Shown one piece after another: positions 8,293 to 16,019 of a DNA stretch of 44,666 nucleotides. The stretch's first letter is position 1; every line of letters begins with the position of its first letter. The notes under the pieces were generated by a model. It saw nothing but the letters and a program-made list of their open reading frames with translations. It had not been told where the DNA came from and did no database searches. The position numbers and the translations under genes were made by a program. Source of the stretch: Thermoplasmatota archaeon (lineage in GTDB: Archaea > Thermoplasmatota > SW-10-69-26 > JACQPN01 > JAJPHT01); NCBI GenBank assembly GCA_035553595.1, contig DATMKA010000051.1:1-44666 (forward strand), given 5' to 3'.

Positions 8293-9780
8293 GTGCGCGA
8301 GGACGTGAAGATCGTCCTCAGGGACATCGGGTCCCTTCTCCTCATTTGTGGCGTAGCCACCCTTCTTCTTCTCCCCGTCGCGGGCTACTACCGCGAGTGG
8401 GACGCCATCCCCGCCATCCTCCTCATGGCCGCCGCCTTTGCCGCCGTCGGGTGGCCCCTCAGCGAGCTCAAGAGCTGGGTGGAGCCCCGCTTCCGGCACG
8501 CCATGATGGTGGCCGCGGGCGGCTGGCTCGTGGTCCCCCTCGTGAGCACCATCCCCTTCATCCAGGTGGAGGGCATGGGCTTCATCGACGCCTTCTTCGA
8601 GGCCATGAGCGGGTGGACCGGGTCGGGCTTCACCATGATCGCCAACCTCGAGCCCACCGCCGACGGCCTGCACACGGGGACGACGCACACGCTCCTCTTC
8701 TGGCGCAGCCTCATGCAGTGGATTGGTGGCGTGGGTGTGATTGTGCTCACCCTCAGCATCGTCGCGCGCTCGGGCGCGGGCGCCCAGTCGCTGTACAAGG
8801 CCGAGGGGCGCGACGAGAAGATTCGCCCCACCGTCATCGGCACCGTGCGTGAGATCTGGTGGATCTACGTCCTCCTCACCGCCCTCGGTCTCGTCCTCGT
8901 CTTTGCCGCGGGCATGCCCCTGTGGGACGCCCTCAACCACGCGATGACCGCCATCGCCACCGGAGGCTACTCCACCAAGGACGCGAGCATTGGCGCTTAC
9001 GACTCGATCTATATTGAGCTCGCCCTCGTGACCGTCATGTTCGCGGGCATGGTGGCCTTCCTCGTGCACTTCCACGTCATCGGCGGGAACGTGAAGCACT
9101 TCCTGAAGGACGTGCAGGTCCGCTACATCGCGGCCATCATCGCCATCGCCACCGCGCTTCTCGCCTACGAGCTGTGGGTCTTCGCCCCCGACAAGGGGTG
9201 GGGCTGGGCCGTGCGGGAGTCCCTCTTCCACTTCGTGAGCGGCATGAGCACGGGCGGCTTCCAGACCTTCAGCGCCACGGACCTCGGGTCCCTCCCGGAC
9301 AACGCGAAGCTCCTCATCGCCCTCGGCATGATCCTCGGCGGCGCCGCCGGGTCCACCGCGGGCGGCATCAAGATTTTCCGCGGCATCCTCCTCGCCCGCG
9401 GCATCGCGTGGAAGGCGAAGCGCGTGAACCTGCCCGCGAACGCCGTCACGAGCTTCAAGCTCTACGGCAAGACCATGAGCGACAACGAGGTGAACCGCGA
9501 CATTACGGAAGCCTCCTTCATCCTGTTCCTGTGGGCCATCGTGCTCGTGGCGGGGAGCTTCATCATGATGCACCTCATCCCCGGCCACAGCCTCGTGACC
9601 GTGTTTTTCGAGGTGTCGAGCACCCTCAGCAACGTCGGCATCAGCGCCGGCGTGTACTCGCCCGCCATGAGCGACGCGGCGAAGCTCTTCGCCACCTTCA
9701 TGATGTGGGTGGGTCGCCTCGAGATCTTCCCCGTCATCATCTTCGTCCGCGAGATCCTGCGCCCCGGCCGCGTGTTCTGA
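8293..9780 (+). CDS. trkH: K+ transporter membrane subunit TrkH/KtrB family
   Basis: Polytopic protein with repeated GxSGF/TGG pore-loop-like segments (SGWTGSGFT, ATGGYST, MSTGGFQ, SNVGIS). GTG start 3 nt after the trkA stop. Confidence 0.9.
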   Translation: MREDVKIVLRDIGSLLLICGVATLLLLPVAGYYREWDAIPAILLMAAAFAAVGWPLSELKSWVEPRFRHAMMVAAGGWLVVPLVSTIPFIQVEGMGFIDAFFEAMSGWTGSGFTMIANLEPTADGLHTGTTHTLLFWRSLMQWIGGVGVIVLTLSIVARSGAGAQSLYKAEGRDEKIRPTVIGTVREIWWIYVLLTALGLVLVFAAGMPLWDALNHAMTAIATGGYSTKDASIGAYDSIYIELALVTVMFAGMVAFLVHFHVIGGNVKHFLKDVQVRYIAAIIAIATALLAYELWVFAPDKGWGWAVRESLFHFVSGMSTGGFQTFSATDLGSLPDNAKLLIALGMILGGAAGSTAGGIKIFRGILLARGIAWKAKRVNLPANAVTSFKLYGKTMSDNEVNRDITEASFILFLWAIVLVAGSFIMMHLIPGHSLVTVFFEVSSTLSNVGISAGVYSPAMSDAAKLFATFMMWVGRLEIFPVIIFVREILRPGRVF

Positions 9781-9812
9781 GGGTCGGTGTAGCCGAGGTT
9801 CCCCTTCGCGCG

Positions 9813-9992
9813 GTGCTCCTCGTGGCTGCGGGCTTCCTCGGGGGCTTCACCACCATGGGCGCCTTCGGGGCGGAGACCGTGAGCTTCCTGCAGGAGAGCC
9901 GCTACGGGCTCGCGGCCCTAACGGTGCTGCTGAACCCCGTGGTGAGCGTGGTTGCAGCCGCGGCGGGCGCCCTTCTCGATCGTTCCCTGTAA
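9813..9992 (+). pseudogene. crcB: C-terminal half (TM3-TM4) of a CrcB/Fluc fluoride channel; N-terminal half absent
   Basis: GFLGGFTTMGAFGAETVSFLQESRYGLAA matches the CrcB GGFTTFSTF...E...G region. Only about 59 codons are available after the trkH stop. Confidence 0.45.
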
Positions 9993-9995
9993 GGC

Positions 9996-12002
9996 TCAGA
10001 AGAACCCGAGGGTCACCACGTAGAGCGCGATGAGCGTACCTAGGAGGGCTTCGCCCACAATCAGGCCTGTGGCCACCATGTAGGTGTCGAGGACGCGGAG
10101 GGTGCGCTTCTCGTCGTCGAGGCCCTCCGTCTCGACGCGGCGGTCGAGGCGGCGCTCCCACAGGGTGCGCGCGAGGCCGCCGAGCAGGATGGGGATAACG
10201 AGGCCGAGGGGGAAGAGCATGCCGAAGCCGAAGGCGGCGCCGAGGCCCGTGAGCACCTCCGCGAGGACGCCGATGCCGATGCCGAGCAGGAACAGGCTCA
10301 CGTTCACCTGGTTGCCCACGAGGGCCTCCACGAGGGTGGCGAAGGCGTTCGCCTGGGGCGCGGCCATGCCGGTGAGGTCGCCGCGCGCAAGCCCGATGCT
10401 GAGGAAGGTGGCGGCGAGGCCGCCGATGACGGCGCCGGGGACGATGCCCGCGATGCCGGCCTTGAACTGGTGGTAGGGGCGCGCGCCCACGTAGTGCCCG
10501 TTCTTGAAGTCGAGGAGGAGGTTCCCGGCGAGGGTGATGCCCGCGGCGAACACGGCCGTCCCGAGAAGCGCGAGCGCGGCGCCGAGGCCCGTGGGGAGGC
10601 CGAACAGGGAGAAGAGGCCGAAGCTCAGGAAGAACAGGAGGAAGGAGGTGCCGGACACGGGCTCGAGGCCCGTTTCGCCGAGCACCTTCACGGCGACGGC
10701 GCCGAGCACGAAGGTGCCCACGGCGAGCACGAGCCCGAAGGCGACGCTCGGGGCCACCGGGAAGCCGCCCGCAACAAGCAGGAGGGGAAGCCCTACGACG
10801 GTGAGCGCGATGAGGAGGGCGATGTGGGCGGGAGGCCACTCGAACCAGCCGCGGCCCGGTTCGTACGCGCTCCGGCCTTCCTCGTCGGCGCTTCCGAGGC
10901 GGAAGAGGTCGCGGGTGGCGCGGCGCACCGTGGGGGCCACCTTCACGAGGGCAGTGAGGCCCGCGCCGAGGATGACGCCGGCGCCGAGGGCGCGGAAGGC
11001 GCCGTTGAAGGCAAGCTGCGCCGTCGGCTCCCCGCGAGCTGCTAGGAGGTCGAGGGGCACCGTGGCGCCGAGGCTCGGGAGGAAGGCGGGGGCGCCCAGG
11101 AGGACGGCGAGGGGGATGGCGACGAGCCAGATGAAGAAGGCGCCGAGGGCCACCACGAGGGCGGGCCGCAGCTTCAGGAACCAGCCCACGGCCACGAGCA
11201 GGGGAGAGAGCGCGACGTGGACGTCCGTGTACTGGGTGGTCGCGAGGGGTTGCCCGACGGCGCCGCCGTCGCGGTAGTAGGAGTTGGGGTTCGTGCCGTC
11301 GAAGGCGTAGGTGAGGCCGCTCACGTTGCGATCGCCGCGGCGCGTGAGGGGGAGGTCCCGGAGGAGGGTCCAGAGCGCGCTCACGGCGGCGCCGATGCCC
11401 ACGAGGCGAACGGCCTGCTGGGCCCGCTCGCGGGCGCCCGTGCTGGTCTCGCGGCTCATGTCGAGGAGCTTCACGAAGCTCTCGAAGCCAGGGTAGGGGA
11501 CGGGGTCCTCCACGAGCCAGACGCGGCGGAACACGATAAAGTACAAGGCGCCGAGGAGGCCCGCGAGGACCGTGGCGGCCACGGCCACCCAGAAGGCCGG
11601 GAGCGCGGAGGCAGGGATCACGGGCGCGGGGTTGCCCGTGTAAGGAGACAGCAGGTAGAGGGCGGGGTAGGTGAAGACGAAGCCGAGGGCAATGTAGGAG
11701 GTGCCCACGCTCGCGCCCGCCCCGAGGTTGATCTCCGTGGGAGCCCAGCCGCGGGAGAGGCCGATGAGGTAGGTGATGTACCAGGCGCCCGCCACGATGA
11801 GGCCGACCTTGAGGCCCACGTAGGCGTTCACCACAGCGAAGACGGCGCCCACGAGGACGCCGAGAAGGACCTTGCGCCAGTCGAAGCGGCTTCGCGTGAA
11901 GGCCTCGCGGCGGTTCTTCTCCTCGAGGTAGGTTTCGAGGACGCCGGTGTTCACGTTGGCGTACATCTCGAGGTCGAAGTACTCGAGGTCGCCGGTCTCC
12001 AT
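9996..12002 (-). CDS. OPT-family oligopeptide transporter
   Basis: About 16 TM segments. The N-terminal WRKVLLGVLVGAVFAVVNAYVGLKVG is typical of the OPT superfamily. Start at METGDLEY. Confidence 0.75.
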   Translation of the reverse strand: METGDLEYFDLEMYANVNTGVLETYLEEKNRREAFTRSRFDWRKVLLGVLVGAVFAVVNAYVGLKVGLIVAGAWYITYLIGLSRGWAPTEINLGAGASVGTSYIALGFVFTYPALYLLSPYTGNPAPVIPASALPAFWVAVAATVLAGLLGALYFIVFRRVWLVEDPVPYPGFESFVKLLDMSRETSTGARERAQQAVRLVGIGAAVSALWTLLRDLPLTRRGDRNVSGLTYAFDGTNPNSYYRDGGAVGQPLATTQYTDVHVALSPLLVAVGWFLKLRPALVVALGAFFIWLVAIPLAVLLGAPAFLPSLGATVPLDLLAARGEPTAQLAFNGAFRALGAGVILGAGLTALVKVAPTVRRATRDLFRLGSADEEGRSAYEPGRGWFEWPPAHIALLIALTVVGLPLLLVAGGFPVAPSVAFGLVLAVGTFVLGAVAVKVLGETGLEPVSGTSFLLFFLSFGLFSLFGLPTGLGAALALLGTAVFAAGITLAGNLLLDFKNGHYVGARPYHQFKAGIAGIVPGAVIGGLAATFLSIGLARGDLTGMAAPQANAFATLVEALVGNQVNVSLFLLGIGIGVLAEVLTGLGAAFGFGMLFPLGLVIPILLGGLARTLWERRLDRRVETEGLDDEKRTLRVLDTYMVATGLIVGEALLGTLIALYVVTLGFF

Positions 12003-12203
12003 CCGCTGGGCGCCCGCGGCGGTGGGCGGCCGGCGGCGAAGGCCTCCCGACCCGGTTCCGCGGGTGGCGCGCGCTCCCTGCTCCTCGGCCCTTCCCATGA
12101 GGTCAACCCGACGGCACCGGGAATCCCTTCACCCCTTATCAAGGATGGGCCGCGACGGGACGGGAGCGGAAGCCTCTTGTGGCCCGCCCACGGTGGCTGC
12201 CCC

Positions 12204-12722
12204 ATGGCCCCGTCGCGCCGTCCCCGTCTCGAGGACCTGCTCCCCCTCTATGCCGCGAGGGCGCGGGTTCCCTGGGAGGTGCTGGAGGACCGCGCCGTCC
12301 TCGTCTTCCCGAAGCAGTACGGGCCCTTCGAGCGGTTGGTCGCGCGTCTTGCCCGCGGCCCCAAGCACGTGCGCGTCACCCTGGACGAGCTCGGCACCGC
12401 CACGTGGCTTCTCGCGGACGGGTCGCGCACGCTCCAGCAGATCGCGGACGAGCTCAAGGCGAGGCTTGGCGAGTCCGTGGACCCGGCGGGGCCGCGCACG
12501 GCGGCCTTCCTCCAGGGCCTGCGGATTCGTGGTCTCGTGGACTTCTACGAGGGGCCGGCGAGCGCGGACGACTCCCTCCGGGGGCTCACTCGCGAGCAGG
12601 GGTTCCTTCCCGTCGCCTGCCCCAAGTGCAAGGCGGAGGTGCGTCTCCACGAGGAGGATGCGGGGAAGCGCTTCGTGTGCCCCCGCTGCCGCAAGCTCTC
12701 CCGCGCAAGCCGCGGCGGGTGA
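12204..12722 (+). CDS. PqqD-like (RRE-type) domain fused to a C-terminal CxxC...CxxC zinc ribbon
   Basis: LDELGTATWLLADGSRTLQQIADELKARLG...AAFLQGLRIRGLV fits the PqqD family pattern. C-terminus is CPKCKAEV...CPRCRK. Confidence 0.65.
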   Translation: MAPSRRPRLEDLLPLYAARARVPWEVLEDRAVLVFPKQYGPFERLVARLARGPKHVRVTLDELGTATWLLADGSRTLQQIADELKARLGESVDPAGPRTAAFLQGLRIRGLVDFYEGPASADDSLRGLTREQGFLPVACPKCKAEVRLHEEDAGKRFVCPRCRKLSRASRGG

Positions 12723-12820
12723 CTGGCTCCCCGGGGCCCTGGGGACCTACCGGGATCCTCAAAGGGGGGCCGGTGGAACTCGCTGTCGGTGACCCCGGAG
12801 TGATCGGTGTTTTCGCCAAG

Positions 12821-13045
12821 ATGTTTGGCCACAAGGAACGGATCGAGGAAGTGTCGGTTCGCGAGGGCGAGGCCGGCGGGTATGAGGTCCGCTCGAGCGG
12901 GCCCGAGGACCTGAACCGGATCACGGTGGCGGAGGAGTCCGTCCCCGAGCATTTTGTCGAGAAGGTTCCTTCCGAAGGCGGCAGCGTCCTGTTCGTCCCC
13001 TTCCTGGAGGCGCTCCGTCGCAGCCTCAAGCGCCGGACTGAATAG
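12821..13045 (+). CDS. Small acidic hypothetical protein (74 aa; alternative GTG start at 12800)
   Basis: Open frame with coding-like composition between two supported genes. No recognisable motif. Confidence 0.3.
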   Translation: MFGHKERIEEVSVREGEAGGYEVRSSGPEDLNRITVAEESVPEHFVEKVPSEGGSVLFVPFLEALRRSLKRRTE

Positions 13046-13095
13046 GTCAAGGGTCGCCCCTGACCTATCCCGTCAACCCCATCCAAAGCAGATGG

Positions 13096-13105
13096 AAAAA
13101 TATTA
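13096..13105 (+). promoter_or_regulatory. TATA box (AAAAATATTA) for the HTH regulator gene
   Basis: Sits only 10 nt before the TTG at 13115 but about 30 nt before the in-frame GTG at 13136, which favours the latter as a leaderless start. Confidence 0.4.
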
Positions 13106-13135
13106 GGCGCCCCATTGACATGGTTAAGCGGGGCT

Positions 13136-13822
13136 GTGCTATTGGAACAGGGGGCAACAGAGGTCGTTTTCCAGGTGAGCTTTTCTCACCCCTTGCTTGA
13201 GCTCACGCGCCGCCACCCGGTGGCCGCGGCCTTCCTCAACGCCCGCCCCACCCTGGGCGGCACGTACGTGCTTGCGCTTCTTGGCGACGACCGCTCCCAG
13301 GCGGACCTCGCCGCCCTCGTCTCCACGGCCCCCGCCCAGGCCCTCTACCGCGAGTCGCGCTCCGTGGCCTACCTCCTGAGCCCCGAGCACCCGCTCCGGA
13401 CAGAGTTCCCCATCGACGACATTCAGCAGAGCCTCCAGCAGTCCCTGAAGGCCGACTTCGTCCACGACCCGCTCGCGATGAAGGCGGGATGGCTCACGCT
13501 GCGCGTCTTCAACCTCCGCGGCATCCCGCCGCGCCAAGCCGTCGAGGAGCTGCAGGCCTGCTGCCGCCGCCTCAACATGGACTTCCGCCTCGTGACCCTC
13601 AGCAGCACCGACCTCACCTCGCCCACGGTGCCCACCGAGGCCCTCACCGAGAAGCAACTGAAGACCATCAAGGCCGCAAAAGCGCTCGGGTTCTACGACA
13701 CGCCCAAGCGCGCGAACCTCGACACACTGGCCCAGATCTTCGGCGTGAGCAAGGCCGCCGTCCACAGCCGCCTCAAGGCCGCCGAGCGGAAAATCATCAC
13801 CGAGTTCACCGACCGGCTCTGA
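13136..13822 (+). CDS. Transcription regulator with a C-terminal HTH_10 (bacterio-opsin activator type) domain
   Basis: LTEKQLKTIKAAKALGFYDTPKRANLDTLAQIFGVSKAAVHSRLKAAERKII is a classic Bat-type HTH. The maximal ORF starts at TTG 13115. Confidence 0.75.
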   Translation: MLLEQGATEVVFQVSFSHPLLELTRRHPVAAAFLNARPTLGGTYVLALLGDDRSQADLAALVSTAPAQALYRESRSVAYLLSPEHPLRTEFPIDDIQQSLQQSLKADFVHDPLAMKAGWLTLRVFNLRGIPPRQAVEELQACCRRLNMDFRLVTLSSTDLTSPTVPTEALTEKQLKTIKAAKALGFYDTPKRANLDTLAQIFGVSKAAVHSRLKAAERKIITEFTDRL

Positions 13823-13824
13823 AG

Positions 13825-14173
13825 CAACCTTCAGAAACGCTGGCCGACGATGTCGGCCGCGCCTCGCTCGCTCCGCTCGCTCCGGGGTTGACCATCAAGC
13901 ACTGAGCGGCCTGCGGCCGCCAGGTCGACGGACGCGGCGCTACAGAGAATGGGTGTGATGCGGCCCGAAGGCCGCAAGAACAAGGAGTGGGGGCACCAGG
14001 ACAACCTTCAGAAACGCTGGCCGACGATGTCGGCCGCGCCTCGCTCGCTCCGCTCGCTCCGGGGTTGACCATCAAGCACTGAGCGGCCTGCGGCCGCCAG
14101 GTCGGCAGACCCGTCGCTGTGGTGAGAAAATGTGACGCGGCCCGAAGGCCGCAAGAACAAGGAGTGGGGGCAC
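13825..14173. repeat. Two tandem 177-bp units: identical 103-nt and 37-nt hairpin-rich flanks around a divergent 32-nt core
   Basis: Direct comparison of 13825-14001 with 14002-14173. Cores are 13928-13959 and 14105-14136. Hairpins GGCCGAC-GAT-GTCGGCC, GCGGCC-TGC-GGCCGC and GCGGCC-CGAA-GGCCGC occur in each unit. Confidence 0.85.
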
Positions 14174-14194
14174 TGGGATTTTCCCCCGGAGTCT

Positions 14195-14220
14195 CGAGAA
14201 CTCCGGGATTTGAACCCAGA
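14195..14220 (-). other. tRNA-like T-arm plus 3' acceptor fragment (CTGGG-TTCAAAT-CCCGG-AGTTCTC-G); no full cloverleaf found
   Basis: Canonical T-loop TTCAAAT with a G53-C61-type stem on the minus strand. I could not build D and anticodon arms from the upstream sequence. Confidence 0.3.
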
Positions 14221-14459
14221 CAAACGGGTCTCTTCTACGATTCGCGGTCGGCGCTCCAGTCAGTGGTCATTGCCGGAAAGGGTGGCCACCCGTTCTCAGC
14301 TCACGCAGACCCGATTATCGTCATTCCTTCGTAACTGGAGCCCGCTGTCATGCCTGGTTAGACCATGCCCCCAGGACGAGACACCCCGAAGGGTGCGAGG
14401 CTACGAAGGAAGGCAAATGCAATGAGAAGCCCGCCAAAGCGAGCCTGAGCCCGTTAGGC

Positions 14460-14570
14460 TCAGGCGCCACGGCGGAGCTTCTGGGCTCGCCTTCGGCGGC
14501 GCATCTTCTTCTTGCGCCACTTCCAGCGCTGATTCCCCTTCTTCTTCCAGACGCGGGAACTCCTCTTCAT
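14460..14570 (-). CDS. rpl41e: Ribosomal protein L41e (36 aa), absent from the ORF track
   Basis: Minus-strand ATG at 14570 gives MKRSSRVWKKKGNQRWKWRKKKMRRRRRAQKLRRGA. This is the extremely basic WKKKG..RWKW.KK..RR pattern of archaeal L41e. A hairpin TGAGCC-TAACG-GGCTCA overlaps the stop codon. Confidence 0.75.
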   Translation of the reverse strand: MKRSSRVWKKKGNQRWKWRKKKMRRRRRAQKLRRGA

Positions 14571-14694
14571 ACGTTATTCCTCTTGAAATCCAGGCCGCGG
14601 TGGCGGCCCTTGGAAGGCTCCGCCGAATGGCGCGTAACCAGATGAAACGACACCCCTGATATGGGGCGGCGGTAGCCCGTAAAGCGCCTTCCCC

Positions 14695-14703
14695 TAAATA
14701 AAC
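14695..14703 (-). promoter_or_regulatory. TATA box (GTTTATTTA on minus) about 125 nt upstream of rpl41e
   Basis: The only strongly AT-rich element upstream of rpl41e. It is followed by a hairpin-rich leader. Confidence 0.4.
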
Positions 14704-14952
14704 GTATGGCTGCGCCCCGTTGGGGCGGACAGCGTTCTCGGCAGCGGCGACCCCGCACGATGCGCGCAGCCGCGGCGGACACGCCCGGCGCGAGCCCTCC
14801 CGCAAGGGGCGGCGTGGGCGTCTGCCGCGCCCTCGGCCGGCCCCTACCGATGGCGCCGCCGGAGGCTTCTCCCTGGAGACGGGCGAGGTCGCTCTAGCTG
14901 GACTCTCGGCGGCTCCCCCTCGGGCGCCGCCTCGCCTTCGGGAGCTGCACGC

Positions 14953-15996
14953 ATGATCAAGACAAACGGCTACGCCACCCACGGACCCCGGGAAGCCCTC
15001 CAACCCTTCACCTTCGATCGCCGCGACCCCGGCCCCCGCGACGTGCTCCTTGAGCTGCTCTACTGCGGCATCTGCCACTCTGACATCCACCAGGCGCGCA
15101 ACGAGTGGGAGAACTCCAATTACCCGATGGTGCCCGGCCACTAGATCGTGGGGCGCGTCACGCGAGTGGGGCGCGAGGTGACCAGGTTCCGTCCCGGCGA
15201 CTTCGCGGGCGTGGGGTGCATGGTGGACTCGTGCCGGGCGTGCGAGAACTGCCGCGAAGGGTACGAGCAGTACTGCGACGTCCACACCTCCTTCACCTAC
15301 AACGGCACGGAGCAAGACCAGAAGACGCCCACCCAGGGGGGCTACTCCTCCCACCTCGTGGTGGACGAGGAGTTTGCGCTGCGCATCCCCCCGAACCTGC
15401 CGCTTGAGGGCGTGGCGCCGCTCCTTTGCGCGGGCATTACCACCTACTCGCCGCTGCGCCGCTACGGCACGGGGCCGGGGAAGCGCGTGGGCGTGGTGGG
15501 GCTCGGCGGCCTCGGCCACATGGCCGTGAAGCTTGCCGCCGCCATGGGCGCCGAGGTCACCGTGTTCAGCACCTCGCCGTCCAAGGAGAAGGACGCGCGC
15601 GGCCTCGGGGCGCACCATTTCGTCGCCACGAAGCCCGCCGCGAACCTGGAGCCCCTTGAAGCGACGTTCCACCTCATCATCGACACCGTTTCCGCGCCCC
15701 ACGACGTGAACGCCTACCTGAACCTGCTGCGGCGTGACGGCGCCGTCGTGCTCGTGGGGCTCCCCGAGAAGCCGCTGGAGGTGGAGGCCTTCTCCGTGGT
15801 GAGCCTGCAGCGGAGCCTCGCGGGGAGCAACATCGGGGGCCTCCGGGAGACGCAGGAGATGCTCGACTTCTGCGCCGGGAAGGGCATCACCGCCGACGTG
15901 GAGGTCATCCCGGCCTCGAAGATCAACGAGGCTTACGAGCGGACGATCCGCGCCGACGTGCGGTACCGGTTCGTCATCGACCTCAAGACGCTCTGA
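14953..15996 (+). pseudogene. Zn-dependent NAD(P) alcohol dehydrogenase (cinnamyl-alcohol/YahK-like) interrupted by one in-frame TAG at 15142-15144
   Basis: ORFs 14953-15144 and 15148-15996 are in the same frame. The junction reads YCGICHSDIH...VPGH*IVGRV, where homologues have GHEIVG. Confidence 0.8.
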
Positions 15997-16019
15997 GGTC
16001 GCCTGCCCCGCGGGGTGGT

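Noticed and set aside
13825-14173. Possible CRISPR array (repeats flanking 32-nt variable segments).
   Set aside because: There are only two units. The conserved part is 145 nt per unit, far longer than a CRISPR repeat. The two cores are still 56 percent identical, so they are homologous rather than independent spacers. No cas genes are in the window.
14186-14411. Complete tRNA (including class II, intron-containing or Sec-like), SRP RNA or RNase P RNA.
   Set aside because: T-arm and D-loop-like pieces exist, but I could not build anticodon and D arms with a matching 7-bp acceptor stem. The best acceptor pairings have mismatches and a spacing of about 100-195 nt. No GGAA-capped helix-8 motif (SRP) and no GAGGAAAGUCC CR-I motif (RNase P) were found. 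This needs covariance-model software to settle.
15142-15144. TAG decoded as pyrrolysine or another sense codon.
   Set aside because: TAG terminates neighbouring well-supported genes (5491-5493 and 6044-6046). The residue expected from homologues is Glu, one G-to-T change away from GAG. No pyl genes are in the window.
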